Assembly: GCF_026914265.1 (NCBI RefSeq)
Contig: NC_069133.1
Span: forward strand, 48,545,355 to 48,609,354
Source: Mya arenaria
Lineage: Eukaryota
Direction of reading: 5' to 3'
DNA length: 64,000 nucleotides
Shown: positions 13,701 through 27,340 of the stretch, one piece after another
How positions within the stretch are numbered: position 1 is the stretch's first letter
Layout: every line of letters starts with the position of its first letter
The notes under the pieces: generated by a model
The model's input: only the letters and a program-made list of their open reading frames with translations
What the model was told of the DNA's origin: nothing
Databases searched by the model: none
Translations under genes and position numbers: made by a program

Positions 13701-14189
13701 ACATATTATGGATATAAATGCATGAAATCGAATTCAGTTGTAAATTAAGTTTTTTGGGATAGTTTGATCGCGAAATCGGATAGCCTCGCTAGGATCGTTC
13801 GTCACCATAGCTGAGACCCTGAAGAAAAATTCCCAACGGTCAGATCCGAGCCCCAGTGCACGGTTATGAATGGCACTGAACTTGTTATGTATTTGGGATT
13901 TGAGAACCACCGCACACTGGCCTACGCTACCACTGACAGCCTACTAGTACTACCGTAAACTATTGTTTGTATTATCATGTATATATGCCCCAATACAACT
14001 ACTACAACGGGGACTGTACACGGACAAATTTTGACAAATCCCGTCATTCTGTATGATCGTGCATATAGACAATGCAACTACTACAACATGTAAACCGACA
14101 CAACCACATGTGTGTCGACACAACCACATGTGTGTCACTGCACAAAACATTCGTCTATGCTTGTATCCAAAATATATAGACAGAGGAAC

Positions 14190-14675
14190 CTACATGGACG
14201 TGTCTGCTCGAACGAACAACAACCCACGGGCTGGTTCAAACCCCTTACCCGCGACAGGTATGCGCTCAGTTAAAATGCTTGCCTCCACCTGCGAGCTAGC
14301 ACAAATACCTACATTTGGACTATCAGCCGTAATAACTGGCGTTAAACATAAAATAAAACCCCCGCACCCAGTTACATTCCTTGCGTAATCATGACAGACA
14401 TGAGACCGTTGCGTGACATTGCTATCGGTATTATTATTGATGGATCTTGATTCTTTTAACAATGCTCTGTAAGGATCTAAATCAACAATATCACCATCAC
14501 CTGAAGCTTCTTCTCCGGCGCTAGCCAAACACAACGTCTCCATCTCACACGACCTCGACTCCTGTCTGCTCTGCTGCTGCTCTTCACTCACTGGCAGTGT
14601 TGCTGCTGAAGAATCACGAGGGGGGGGGGGCGACGACGTCCTTCTCTTGCCCCTTGGTTTGCCTCTCCCCGACAT
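14190..14675 (-). CDS. Possible first coding exon of an unidentified minus-strand gene (MSGRGKPRGKRRTSSPPPPRDSS...); only the 5' part is likely coding
   Basis: A 161-aa ORF with a basic, low-complexity N-terminus. A GTAACT donor candidate lies after ...HDYARN at ~14390. A CRE palindrome TGACGTCA sits ~190 bp upstream at 14862-14869. A G11 homopolymer at 14622-14632 lies inside the ORF. I could recognise no family. Confidence 0.2.
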   Translation of the reverse strand: MSGRGKPRGKRRTSSPPPPRDSSAATLPVSEEQQQSRQESRSCEMETLCLASAGEEASGDGDIVDLDPYRALLKESRSINNNTDSNVTQRSHVCHDYARNVTGCGGFILCLTPVITADSPNVGICASSQVEASILTERIPVAGKGFEPARGLLFVRADTSM

Positions 14676-16379
14676 TGCTGAAGATTCTTATCACGATCTA
14701 TGTAAAGTTCGTCACTTCAAATTTAATATTATAAACTAATTGTAATGAGACGGATGCCTAATATTCTTAACTTTTGAATTTTCGTAGACTGCTCTGCAAC
14801 AAAACTTTAAACATTCTACTTCAATGTTTTAAACGGAATTGCTGGCAGGCGTTCTTTTGATGACGTCACAGAATAGCATGTCAGTGATGACGTAGCATCT
14901 CGTGATTTGCCAATTAGTGTCTTAACTAATTAACATAATTAATGATAATCGACATCCGTCTCAGTCAGCTTACAACAACGCTAGCAAGGCTCGCAAAATA
15001 AATGCAGTTATTATTCAATTCATAACTGATCTTATATTACAGTAGCCATATGCATATTTTAATTAATACCATTGTATACCAATGCATAAAAAACATTTTA
15101 AACAGTATCACCCGTAATTCTTTTATATAAAATATTTTATTGTGTTTAAATGTAAAAGATGGTCCATTAAATCAAATACTGAAACGTCCGCAACGCGAAT
15201 CGTTGCATTGTTTAACAGTGGGTTGGGTCTTCTTTTTTATGAATTCCGACCTTATAAGAAGACTGTCTTTATCTTTTAAATGCAATGAAATAAAACAAGT
15301 TGATAAATTATACATGCGCCTACGAGTTGTGAACTTATAAAGTCAAATAATCACAAAAAGACATAAAGCATTGGGCTACTTGCCAAACGTTATTTTGTTG
15401 ATGATGTGATTAAATATTTAAATATAAACAGTACAGCTGAAAAAATGTCCTCAGATCTAATAGGAAATACAGCAGATCACTAGTTTATCCAAAACACAGA
15501 GCATTAATTATTTGAAAGTTAACAACGATGACTTTACCCTTGTTCTTAGCTTGAACAAAGATCTAAACAATCAAAGTGTCAGCGTGTGTTGTGAAAATGA
15601 AAACGTGTAAGATGGCCAAAGCCTAAATCATTTGCTTATATCTATCTTGTGAATGCACGTTGATTCTTCATAAATAAAGCTGCTTTTACCACATGCATTG
15701 GCTTAAACATTGATTATGCATGGTAATGATTGCAAGTTTTCGAATATGATGTATATCATCAAGGAATGAACAGTTCAGCGAATAAGAGCTGGTATTACAT
15801 ATTGGTCTTTATTATATCTAAGAATCGGATTACTTGCTTTTTATAACCGACAAATATAGTGAATGAATTCAATCATGTATGACCCTAAGATTAACTTAAG
15901 TTGAATATTGAATACCAAATAGAAATCAACAATAGTAAGAAACCGCATTTTGTATGAAACTTATCATGGCTAGGACAGTCGAAAGAGCTGATATAGCCAG
16001 TCGCCTTTCTTCTTTACTATTTTAAACAGTTCTTTCAAAAAGTAGATGGTTTTTTTTAACCTTGCCTTATTCGTGCTCATTGTCAACATGAGCATAAGCC
16101 TATACTAGTAGTCGGACATCGTTGTGGCTATTCTTATGGCTCTTATTCTATCGGGGACACACGGGATGAACGGTGAACGAATGTTATTTCGGTAAATAAA
16201 TGAGTCACGTACCAAAATATGGCAAACAATTCTATAAACATATGATCTGACAATTTCTATTACAGTCAACAAGAAAAAATATAGTATGAAATTAGAATTA
16301 TGCAACGATTCAAATAAAACAAGGATTTATGATGAAGATTTATTAATGCAATAACGAAAAACACATAAACTGGTCACTA

Positions 16380-16940
16380 AATGACATAGATGACAGAGAC
16401 CCAGACATGAATTGTAACAACGATAACGGAAGACGCAATACCTATGATGTACCTTTTAGTTATTTCGACGGCGCTTGAAGCATTTACGAAAGATTAGAAG
16501 ATATTAACAGTCACATCGACTAGAAAGAAGTGACAATGGCGACAGGAGTTTGAAGAACATTCAAATGAGACTACTCAACGCAAGCTAGTTTGAAACAACG
16601 AATAGGTTAGGGTTAGTTTACAGCGACGGCATTTCAAATAACGACGGGAGAAGAAAATACTACAGCAAAGGGAAACATAGAAACTGTAAACAACGATGAC
16701 GATATATGAGAACGCAACGACGTAAGTGGAAACAAAAGCAATGATAATACAAGTAATAGCAACACAAATTGAACCATCGGTATTGGAAGGGATTGCGGTG
16801 ATTTGGTCGGTAACAACGAACAAAGGAAGGCGAATCATGCGGCAGGAATGGATACAACGGAGACGTGCAACAACGGCGATATGATGGGAAGGGGAAACAA
16901 CGTCATCGTTGGTAGAGGTGTGAAATATGGTGATGAGATG
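16380..16940. repeat. Degenerate tandem repeat built around the core [ac]aacaacg[ag][tc]ga
   Basis: Irregular 35-70 bp spacing of the core motif. The overlapping minus-strand ORFs look like repeat artefacts. Confidence 0.4.
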
Positions 16941-18769
16941 CATTGAGAAGATTACAGGGAGGTAATGGAAAGGGTATTAGAATATTATCCCAAATGGTTT
17001 AAGAAATTGGTCTCATGGCTTGATATATTTTTTGAAAATATTTTTCGAATATGGAGCGAGCATTTCAGACATTTCTGAAAACATTTTAAAATATCACCAA
17101 ACAGATTAGTTTAAATGTATGTATGTGAAACACACAATCAGTTTACATGTCATTTGTCGCTGTTTAAAGTGTCAATGGTTTAATAGCCGTTGTTTGATTT
17201 TTTGCGCACATAATTTGGGATTGATTCAGACTGATTATACAAGCTAAATTGCAGATCATTCAGATCATATATAAAAGTATCATACGCCGGATGGTTGTTC
17301 CTTCAGAGTGGCAATACAAAGAAGCACTATTGTAATACTATATCATAGTATTCCTGCCAAAAACTTACATTGATACAAGATTTCTTCTTAATACTCCAAT
17401 GTATGTACCGTTTTTTCACATGATAGATGCGTTTCAGAGTCCTGCCAGACGAAGTGAAGGATACCTGTAAGGCTGTAACAGTTACTGATATTGTTCTTGG
17501 CTTCACTGGGATTAAGACATTCGGGAATGTAATGCACGCGGATGGCGTCTGTCACTGTTTCGCAATGTCTGCATGTGCATCGGACCGTGTAATAATTAAC
17601 TTTTATTGTTTAGTGTAGCATATTATATGTCTTGATGACGATGTAGAGGTTGGTTAATGCTCACCCTGTCAAGCTATTAGTAAAGGTTGAGTCTGATTTT
17701 GAATATTGTGTATTCAAATGTTATAGAAGTGTAACCGCCTTAACAATTCGTTATTTTCATGTACTTCCCATTTTGGTAGTTGTTAAACTATGGTTTTGCA
17801 AGACTTACAAATTGTCTCCCTCTGACCATTAGTTTTATGATTTGTGTTTATATAAAGTCAGGCGTGAAAACATCGCGCATTTGTGTGGTTTTAATCCTAA
17901 ACTTTGTCTTGTGACATTGTGCTGTTTTATGAAAGTTTTGGAGAAAGCGGACATCCATTCTTTGTCCCTTAATGAAATCAAAGTATTATTTTATTTGTTA
18001 GATATTTGTGGATGATGAGGTTCGTTTTGTATCTATTTATCTTTTGCATTTGAAGTGTGTTGCAAATGAGCATTATGTGGTAAAAGTATTATTATAAGTT
18101 AGCCGGTTATAATTCGGTATAGCAATCCAGTTAACTTCGCGCATGCGTGGCAGCGAGGGGGGCTCTTAAACCGCTAACCCTGGACCCAACAAGACGTGTT
18201 TGAGGGATTCATCCTAGTATACGACCAGCCTACAGTAACCGTAAGTTGTGATTATACAATAATTCATTTGTTTGTTTACGTTTTGGTAATAGTTTGTGTA
18301 CATGACCGTGTACATGTGTAGTTCAGTATGACGGCTTATTTCTAATTATCTAGTTATGTATTGCATGAATTATATAATAGAGTCACTACCTCTATCTAGA
18401 TCACTATTTATAATGTTGTAGTAGAACAAAATCCACACGTACAGATTGAGAGAGACGGTGAAGGGGCTAGTAAATGATAACCTGATCCTGAATTGTAAGG
18501 TTTTGTGTAAACTTGTGAAATTGTTGTCATGCTTTGTATATGTTTTATATGTTCTTATATGTCTATTGTTGCCACGTGATTGTATTGTTATTTGTTATCT
18601 GAGTTTGCTAGTATCGGCCACAAAAGAGTTAGTGCCCAAAGTGTGGGATCGAACCCGGGTGCGCATTATTCAGGTCCTAAGTTAGTTGGTGAAACTAATG
18701 AGCGCACTATTGAATATATAGTTTGCTGTTTTAGATACTGGCAGTTGTGTCCGAAAGTTATCATAAAGA

Positions 18770-20040
18770 TCAATTGCTTGGTATTGATATTCAACCTCTT
18801 GATAATATTTTAAATATTGAGTGTGCTAATGGAAACAGTTTGCCATATCTAGGTTACATTGAAGTTGATATGAGAACATGTGAAGGGTTAACTTAGTCTA
18901 CTTCACACTCGTGTGTCAGTTTTTAGTTTCACCAGATACTTAGTATTCTGCAATCAACCCAATCATTATTGGTACAAACATTTTATATGAATAAATGATA
19001 GGAAAGAGAACTTCGGCAAACAATTTCTCCAGAAAGCTTACATAACCCATGGTACTTGAGCTTTAGAAACATTGACATAAGAGAAAAGAAGTTAGAGCAT
19101 TTAAAAGAAAGGATAGCTGTAATTAAGAGTGCATCATCATTAAAGATTACCATAAGGCCAAATGAAACTTTTGAAGTAGCCTCATATCTTGACAAGGAGA
19201 TGGCTTACCCAACAACTACTGCCATTATACAGGATACAGAATAAGGTTGGATTGAAGAATTTGACATTATATCTACAGAACAGAAGGGCCATTTCATAGA
19301 GCTTTTGTTAAAGCATTAAGATTTATCTTCCGTAGATAATACGCGCATTGGTCTTTGCAGTATAATAGGAAGGGAAAGACTTGGTGAATGTCATCCCATT
19401 AAAACAGAGGCATAGGCTTATTCCACCAACCATGCTAAGTGAAGCGAGACAGCATATTGAAAGTTTACTTGTAAGTGGAGTGACTATCGCATGCTGAACA
19501 AGCGCACTGGCGATGATTCTTTTGCACTTCCACACATCGAGGAGACATTAGACAGCCTTCATGGAGCAAAGTATTTCACTAGCCTTGATATGAAGTCAGG
19601 GTATCATCAACTGGAACAAGAAGAAATTCATACACCACGCACAGCATTGGGTTCTTTAAGTGTAATCTTATGACACTTGGGTTGAAAAATACACCTGCTA
19701 CATATCAGCGCGTAATCCAGGAGTGTCTAGGAGAACACAATGGGAAAATCTGCCTTGTCTATATGGATGGTGTTATGATTTTTAGCGTAGCTTTTGAACA
19801 ACGCTTTGAATGATTAGATCTTGTATTAAAATAATTAAAGCCCGCAATATGAAACTAGCTCCTGAAAAATGCCACTTCTTTAGACCAAAAACTCTATTTC
19901 TTGGACATGTCTTATGATGCAATAGCATTGCGACAGACCCTGACAAGATTGTGAAGGTGAAGAACTGGCTAAAACCATCCAATTCAGACGAACTGAGATC
20001 CGTTTTAGGGTTTGCGGGTTTGCGGGTTATTAGGTATTTC
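18770..20040 (+). mobile_element. Ty3/Gypsy-like LTR-retrotransposon pol remnant: protease end and reverse-transcriptase domain, with frameshifts and stops
   Basis: Translated motifs ...DSFALPHIEETLDSLHGAKYFTSLDMKSGYHQ..., ...TPATYQRVIQECL...YMDGVMIFS... and ...ELRSVLGFAGL... match the Gypsy RT consensus (YPLPRIDDLLD..GAKYFS.LDL.SGYHQ; F.GL.NAPA.FQR; Y.DDI.I.S; E.R.FLGLAGYYR). Confidence 0.7.
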
Positions 20041-22909
20041 TAACGTATAGCGAGGCCTACTTTTGATGTCGGATGGCGATAAATTATTAAGAATTAATGG
20101 GGATTTTCTCAAACTTGTGACCCGTGTTTAAATCCCCACTGCGGTGTTTATTTCATAATTTTGTTTTCACAACATTGATGTGAAATACATCAGGATTATA
20201 CGATGATTTGCCATATAAAATACAAAATTGTCAACAGGTCCTTAAGAATGCTAAGATACACCTTAACGTATCAGTATTTAAATCGCACGAGTTTTCCGTG
20301 TACTAGAATACTGTAGTAAATACAAAAAAAAATGTGTATATTTTTATAAAAAAAGAAAATAATGAATACTGGTAAGTAATGTGTATTGTTCATGTAGTTT
20401 ATTTTTATTTTATATATAATGCTTTTCAGTTATTGACCAATGTAAATATCTAAACTTGTTAACAAATTTAAACCTTTATTATATTCAATGCTCGTACGAA
20501 ATTAAGGCGGAATTTATGCGGAATCGGCACGGAATCAGTGAATTCCGCCTGAAGTAGGGACGGAATCATTATTTTTGCCCGATATCAATTCATGTTTCTT
20601 GTAGATTCTGGGCGTAAAATTATTGGAAGTTTCAGGCGTAAACAAATTACGTGCGTATTTATATACTTTAACATTTGTGTGACATGGAATTTCGTACTTC
20701 GGTTTTTCTATACAAACTATGGGGCGGAATATCCTACTTAAACATTTTAGTGGAGCGTAATTTCGAACTTAGCCTAAAGTTTCAGACAACAAATCCACAC
20801 TCATTCGAATGCATTGGGAAATTATTGAATTGTTTGTGTTCCCTTTATCATTTACATTTCACATAGCGAGGTAAAAGGTAAACATCTTCCATGTTATTAT
20901 CTGTACACTGCAAACTCCTTGTTTTAAAATAAAAGATGCAAACAAAAATATAAAACTACAAAGGGAAGCAAAAACATGAAAGAAAAAACATGACCCCATG
21001 ATATAAAATACACTCATTTTTATGAACTTTAAAGTCCACTTACTTATGACAGTTGTTGGAATATTACAACATTAATTACTTAAAGCAATTGAGCATAAGT
21101 AACTTTCACTCGATTCGAGGCCATCGTGTAAAATACTGTGCTACAATATCAATATTTGACTCACTGATAAGCCTCAAGGGCTTTTAATGGGGTACAAGAT
21201 CCAGCTGTTTATAAAACCTCGCCTTATCTTTTCAGATTTTCCTCCGCGAACCTTAACCTTTATTTATTCTTGTCGTGTGTTTCTCAAGATGCCCACACGG
21301 AGACCATTACTGATAAGGCATACATGCACGCTTTCGAGCCGTCATTAACAACGGATAACTAGAATTTTTTATTTAAAAAACATTTGAACTTGCGTGACTA
21401 ATGTTATAGTTAAAACTGTATTTGTTGTGTGTATTTTCCAAAAAGTTGGAACTTACTAGGCCATGATTGATGAAAATTATGCGCACTTCATATGAATTTT
21501 GAATCGCGAAATAAGATATATGCTGTGTACGACTGGTGGATAATCAACAACAATAATTCGAAGGGGTATGGTCATGAAAGATGGAGGTAACTTTTCTATT
21601 ACTCGTTTCACCAGGACTTGTTCTGAAATTGTATTTGTCTGTTCTCACTTTTTAACTATTTTGTTTGATTTGCATCGAGTAGTAGTTCTGTGCGATTAAG
21701 AATGCTTTATGTTTAACAAAATGTTTTGTTGGTTATCAATATCATGTTGCATACGACCATTCTACCTTATATTCTGCCTTGTTTCATAATTGTTCGCCCG
21801 AAAACATTAGTTTATCCTTTCCTTCTGTGATATCTCGCAATCATTACACTTCACAAAGGAATTCATATGTGCCAGGAAAAAAAACTATCAGCATTAAACC
21901 TTGGCTTTCCGCGAACGTTTCCGAGAAGTAACAATTGCTGTCGGTGTTATCATAATGAAACTTGACAATTATTATCTTCATTTTAATATGTTCGTATAAT
22001 CAACAAAATGATAATAAAGTTTTACATTATGCTGATTTCAGGGTTTTGGTCGTATTTTTAAAACAAGTATTCAAACTAATAAATTCATGAAATGGAAAGT
22101 ATTACATATGCATGCGTTATTCATAATATTTCAGCAGCCACATTCACACGCAGAATTCGACTGCATCTCCATCAACAGATTTGGCAGCAAAGGTATTAAA
22201 TGGCTTTCTTGATTAAACCTCTTAAGTGCTTAAATAGTTTACATGTACCCTATATATTATAGTAAGGGTAGAAAGGAGAACATAGTTATATCAAAATAAT
22301 ATGGATTGTTTAAACAACTTAATATCATTTAACTGTTATAAGGTAACTGTTGCAATTAATCAAACTATTTTTACAGTTATCGGAGCAACCTAGAAGGTCA
22401 ACTTCGCAAGAAAATTCATGTCAGTCATCTCCACTCCTGTAACCCCAGGCAACTCTGTGGTAAGAATACATTTCAATATTGCTTGACGCTTAACACTCAA
22501 TATTGCTTGACCTTCTGTCATCACGTCCTCTGGCTTCCCGAAACATAAGCTTGTTCTTAACTTTTTATTGTCATAAATAACAATAAAGTTAATCAAACGG
22601 TTGTAACAGAAGTCGATGTTAGCTTAATGGGTATATCCATGAAATTTCAGTTACTAATGAAATGTTTTATGAACAATATTTATTAGAAATAATGAACCCC
22701 GCATTTAACGCTTAACTGTTTTAATGTGTGTGCTACAAGAAACACTCCAAATTTTGAAATTTTGTTATACCTGTTTTTTAATAATATAGTTATGATACTA
22801 TATGGTACTTTATAACATAACTTACAGCGCAGGAGTGATATAACCCCATGCAATATTTTTCATATATAACTAGTGTAATAACTATGCAAATTAGGTAACC
22901 GCATCACAA

Positions 22910-23300
22910 AATATGTATTCATACGCGCTGTCAAAAAACGTGAACAAACATCAGAAACAATGTTTCAAAATAAATCTTGTCGGTCTCAACAAACTCAGCT
23001 CCACGATGAAACGAATGGGGAAGAAGGCTGGGCTTAATCCAAACAAACGACCCCCTGATCACAGCGCCAGAAAATATCTCGTCCAGGAATTGAATTATGA
23101 ATGACAACAATGTTCCTGCGAACCAGATTATGCAAATATCGGGACACAAGAACATTGCATCTTTAAACAACCAAAGCCACATAAATCCAAATCAACACAA
23201 GGAAATATCCAACATCCTGTACTTCAGTGAAAATACCTGCACAATGTTCAGTCTATGCACACAGTTCGACAGGAATGCTCAAGTTAACACAGTCACTGAT
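22910..23300 (+). mobile_element. Crypton/DUF3504-like tyrosine-recombinase C-terminal fragment, with a frameshift
   Basis: ...KRMGKKAGLNPNKRPPDHSARKYLVQ...VPANQIMQISGHKNIASLNN... fits the HxxR...GH box of Crypton-derived YR and DUF3504. The expected terminal Tyr is replaced (SLNNQ). A +1 frame break lies between the two halves. Confidence 0.45.
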
Positions 23301-25235
23301 TCCACATGAAATCTCGATTTCTTTTTGGATTTTAAAACATTTTTGATAGTTGAGACATGAACTATGTTTTTTATTGTAAATAAAATGTTTTATGTCGGAC
23401 TATTTTCTTTCCTGCGGATTAGGCACCTAATAACACTCAATGTAAATTCTTCGCTCTAGGACACGAGAATGTGTATAGAAGAAACTTTAACCTATATTTC
23501 GACCGTAATTGGGTTATGTTATAAATAAAATCTCAAATTCGTAATTATTTTGTATCAAATTTATAAAACTGGTCATTTAAAATCGATGAAATGACGTTTT
23601 TAAATGAACTCGTTTCATACATTTGATACAAAATAAACACTCATTTGAGATCCTCTATATAACGGCAAATAAATCCTTAAGCCCAAAAGTTTGTGACTTA
23701 GTAAAAAAAAACTTACTTCAAAGGGCATTTATTTGAAATACAATTCAGCCAGCCTTGTAATGCAGCATGTGACGTATGACTTTATTTCTGTAATTGTTGA
23801 CAGCATGTGTTACAGGGTTATCCATAGATCATGTTTCAATTCAGGGGTGTAAATATACAATAATATCAAATAAACCTGAAGTATACAATTTCTATCAAAG
23901 GGTACCATTAAAACTGTGTTTACAGTTTACAGTATAAGCAAACACTAAGGTTTCAACTTATTTACAGGTGAGGCTATTACCTCACAGTGGGGTTTATAGA
24001 ACGAAATATGCAACAATGCTCTCCGAAAAGGGACAAAAAGAGACTACTTGATGTACGACCTCCTTGACCAATTGTTCACCATTACTAACCTGGCGAACTC
24101 CATGGGAGACAGGTATTGGGCTTCTCCGCCCTGAAGAGGAAAATAAAGAAAAAGAAATAATATCTAGATTACTGGCGATACTTGAAGGTAAATACTGTAT
24201 TTCAAGTGTAGATTAATAAATACCATTTTAGGTATGGCTGCATAAAATATAAGCATGAGACAGAAGTCAAGACTCATGATTACCCTTTTAAAAGTCATTG
24301 TGAAAAATAATCTACCTAGGACTTAGCTTACCATACACAGAGTTCAGCATTATAACACTCTTCTCATAACTCTGCCTTTCATAAGTGTGTTTTCTTTTTG
24401 AAAAAAAACTTTCGTTTTTCTTATGATAAGAACGTTTGTGATTTCCGTTGAAGGACATTTACCAAAAATATGTTTTTTTTGCAGATTATGTGATATTACG
24501 GAAAATGCTGCCATGACGTTCTCTAAAGTAGAATTAAATTGGTCCACCACTGAAAGCAACACGTATGCGTGATAACGGTTGAAACATAACCGACTGTGAA
24601 GTGTTCTAGTGACTGCAATTATATTTTATACCCAATATGATAAAATAGTGTAAATTTTATTATACTTGGTATTAATATTTGAAATGCAGAATTAATTGAG
24701 CAAGCTTTTTGTATGGTTGTTCACATGTCTTTTTATTCCATTTTTTCTCCTATAAATCATTGCGCACATACAATTAAAATCAATTAAACTCCATGTGACA
24801 TAATGTATAAAAATACACACGTTCACTTAATCGGGCGAAAAATTGTGTACGGGTGTTTACATGTAAGAACAATACTTTGGCTGTACATGATTATCTCGTG
24901 ACATTTCATTTCGATTCAACCTAGCCTGCATGCATCGTATTACGCTGTTAAGGCCAAGCAAGTATATTTATTCGTTGGCTTTACAGGCACTATTCTTTGA
25001 CGAAAAAAAAGCATTTGTAAAGTCTCTAAAAAGAGACGAAACTAATTTTGCACTCATACGGGGAACATTCAAGTCGATCAGCTCGTGTATTTGTCAGAAC
25101 CTTGCCAGGCAGAACCTGAAACGAGTTCCTGAGCCAGAAAAATAACCTTATAAAGGTGGTGTAGTGAAGCAACTCTGAGACCGGATGTCCGTTAAACTCG
25201 CGAAACTGATGGCTCTGCACCTTAATCACATCTTG

Positions 25236-26165
25236 CGCCTGTACCAGGTCCCACGCTTGTACCAGGTCTCACACATGTACCAGGTCCCGCGCATGTACCA
25301 GGTCCCACGCCTGTACCAGGTCCCACGCCAGAACCAGGTCTCACTGTACCAGGTCAAGCGCCTGTACCAGGTCCCACGCCTGAACCAGGTCCCAAGCCTG
25401 TACCAGGTCCCACACCTGTACCAGGTCTCACGCCTGTACCAGGTCCCGCGCCTATACCAGATCACTTACCTGTACCAGGTCCAGTGCCTATACCAGATCA
25501 CTTACCTGTACCAGGTCCAGTGCCTATACCAGATCAATCGCCTGTAGCAGGTCCCGTGCCTATACCAGATCCATTGCCTGTACCAGGTCCCACGCCTATA
25601 CCAGGTCCCGTGCCGATCGCTTGTACCAGGTCCCGTGCTTATACCAGATCCATCGCCTGTACCAGGTCCCGTTCCTATACCAGATCCATCGCCTGTACCA
25701 GGTCCCGCGCCTGTACCAGGTCCCACGCCTATACCAGACCCCTCGCCTCTACCAGATCCCTCTCCTGTACCAGGTCCAACGTCTGTACCAGGTCCCGTGC
25801 CTATACCAGATCATTCGCTTGTACCCGATACCTGGCATGTACTAGATCCCGCGCCTGTACCAGGTCCCACGCCTATACCAGACCCCTCGCCTGTTCCAGA
25901 TCCCTCGCCTGTACCAGTTCCCGTGCCTGTACCAGTTGCCTCGCCTGTACCAGGTCCAACGCCTATACCAGGTCCCGCGCGTTACCAGGCCGCGCACCTT
26001 TACCACATCTTGTGCCTGTAACAGGTCCCACGCCTGCACCAGATCCCACGCCTATACCACGTCGTGCGCCTATACCAGGTATACAGTGTACCAGGTCCTG
26101 CACGTGTACTAGGTCCTTCGTATTTACCAAGTCATGCGACTGTACCAGGTCACGAGCCTGTACCG
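25236..26165. repeat. 18-bp minisatellite (CCTGTACCAGGTCCCRCG)n, about 50 copies
   Basis: Seen directly. Every frame gives periodic Pro/Val/Gly or Tyr/Gln/Val ORFs on both strands, which I read as repeat artefacts. It abuts the Gypsy RH remnant. Confidence 0.9.
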
Positions 26166-26189
26166 GGTTAGAAGGCGACTAGCCGACCT

Positions 26190-27340
26190 TATTCGAGAGA
26201 ATAACGAAAGGTATAATGCTTTTATGTGGAACACAGTACCAAGAGTCCTCACAGACCTTGTCATCACTGAAAAAAAATCTGATTATTTAGCTCTGATTCA
26301 TTTTTCGGTTTTGACGGAAAACAATCCACTCACATATCAAAAACAGCCAAACTTGACGCAACGGGTCAGAGATGGGCATCTGCTCTAGGTCAGTTTTCTT
26401 TTGACATAGAATACAGAGCTAGATTAAAGAACATGATGCGAACGACACGAATCATAGGGGTATCCCTTATGATTAGAAGCTGAGAACAACGAAGAAATTG
26501 TAAAATTTGATGATTCAACAGTTAAGGCCATTTGATCTTGCATTATTTTACAACCATACATTGAAAGCTTGCCAACATTCAGCTTGAACATTGAGGAAGC
26601 CTTTCAGGATCAAGGCCAAGTTTTAGCTCAAAAAGAACTCCGAAAAATTAGAGCAATGCAACGACAAGAGGCATCAATTGAGAAGTGGAGACGAGCGGTC
26701 ATTTACCAATTCATACCAAAACAGAGACTAGACGAGAAATATTTGATAAGGAGCCAGCATAAGGTGTGAGTAATGTGTTGAATATCACTGACCATTATAC
26801 CAAGAGCGGTTTAAATAGAGAAGTCTGTTACAGCATGAACATTAAGAAAAGTCACCCAACACCATACCATCCTCACGGCAACGCCGGACCCGAGCGCTTC
26901 AACAGGACATTGTTAAGTATGCTAGGAACACTAGAAATCGAAGAAAGGTTGTTTGCAAGAAGTACGTAAGCTCATGATGTGAAAGATAATGATATAACTG
27001 AAGATGTTCAGTCGACACCCCATGCTGACAACAGACGCTTAGATGATATAGAACCGGAGCCTGACGTCGAAGCAATACAGGTAGAACTCGAACATAAGAT
27101 AGAGGTGAATCCTGAGATAGATAAGGATATACCTGTACCTCAACCAAGAGGTTTAGGAAGAGAGCAAAAACTACATAAAAATGTTGAAGACTACCACATT
27201 AACCAGATGGTGCCTATGAGCGACACAGTTCAAGCAATCAACGCTTTGGTTGAATCTGGTGTTTTGAATAAAGTAAGTAGTGATAAGGCTTATAGGCTGT
27301 TAGATGCTATTACAATAAGTGATTACATGATATGATGTTG
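26190..27340 (+). mobile_element. Ty3/Gypsy-like pol remnant: RNase H end and integrase core/C-terminus, degenerate
   Basis: ...RWASALGQFSFDIEYRARLKNM... matches the RH end motif RW.L.L..FDF.I.YRPG. ...HPTPYHPHGNAGPERFNRTLLSML... matches the integrase core SPYHPQ.NG..ER.N.TL..ML. Same strand as the RT fragment at 18770-20040. Confidence 0.65.

Noticed and set aside
14560-14675. MSGRGK… N-terminus that might suggest a histone (H4 or H2A start MSGRGKGG/QG)
   Set aside because: Similarity ends after 6 residues. There is no histone fold sequence, and the ORF is Pro/Ser/Gln-rich low complexity.
18600-18700. Possible tRNA gene (gggatcgaacccgggtgcgc; the reverse complement has a GGGTTCGATCCC T-loop)
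   Set aside because: The T-stem and acceptor-stem pairings fail: the stem is not complementary and I could draw no cloverleaf. It is more likely a tRNA-derived SINE fragment, and it is only 100 bp upstream of the Gypsy remnant.
25185-26182. Overlapping ORFs on both strands encoding Pro/Val/Gly-rich and Tyr/Gln/Val-rich proteins
   Set aside because: Generated by the 18-bp (6-codon) minisatellite. ORFs in every frame and on both strands is the signature of a repeat, not a gene.
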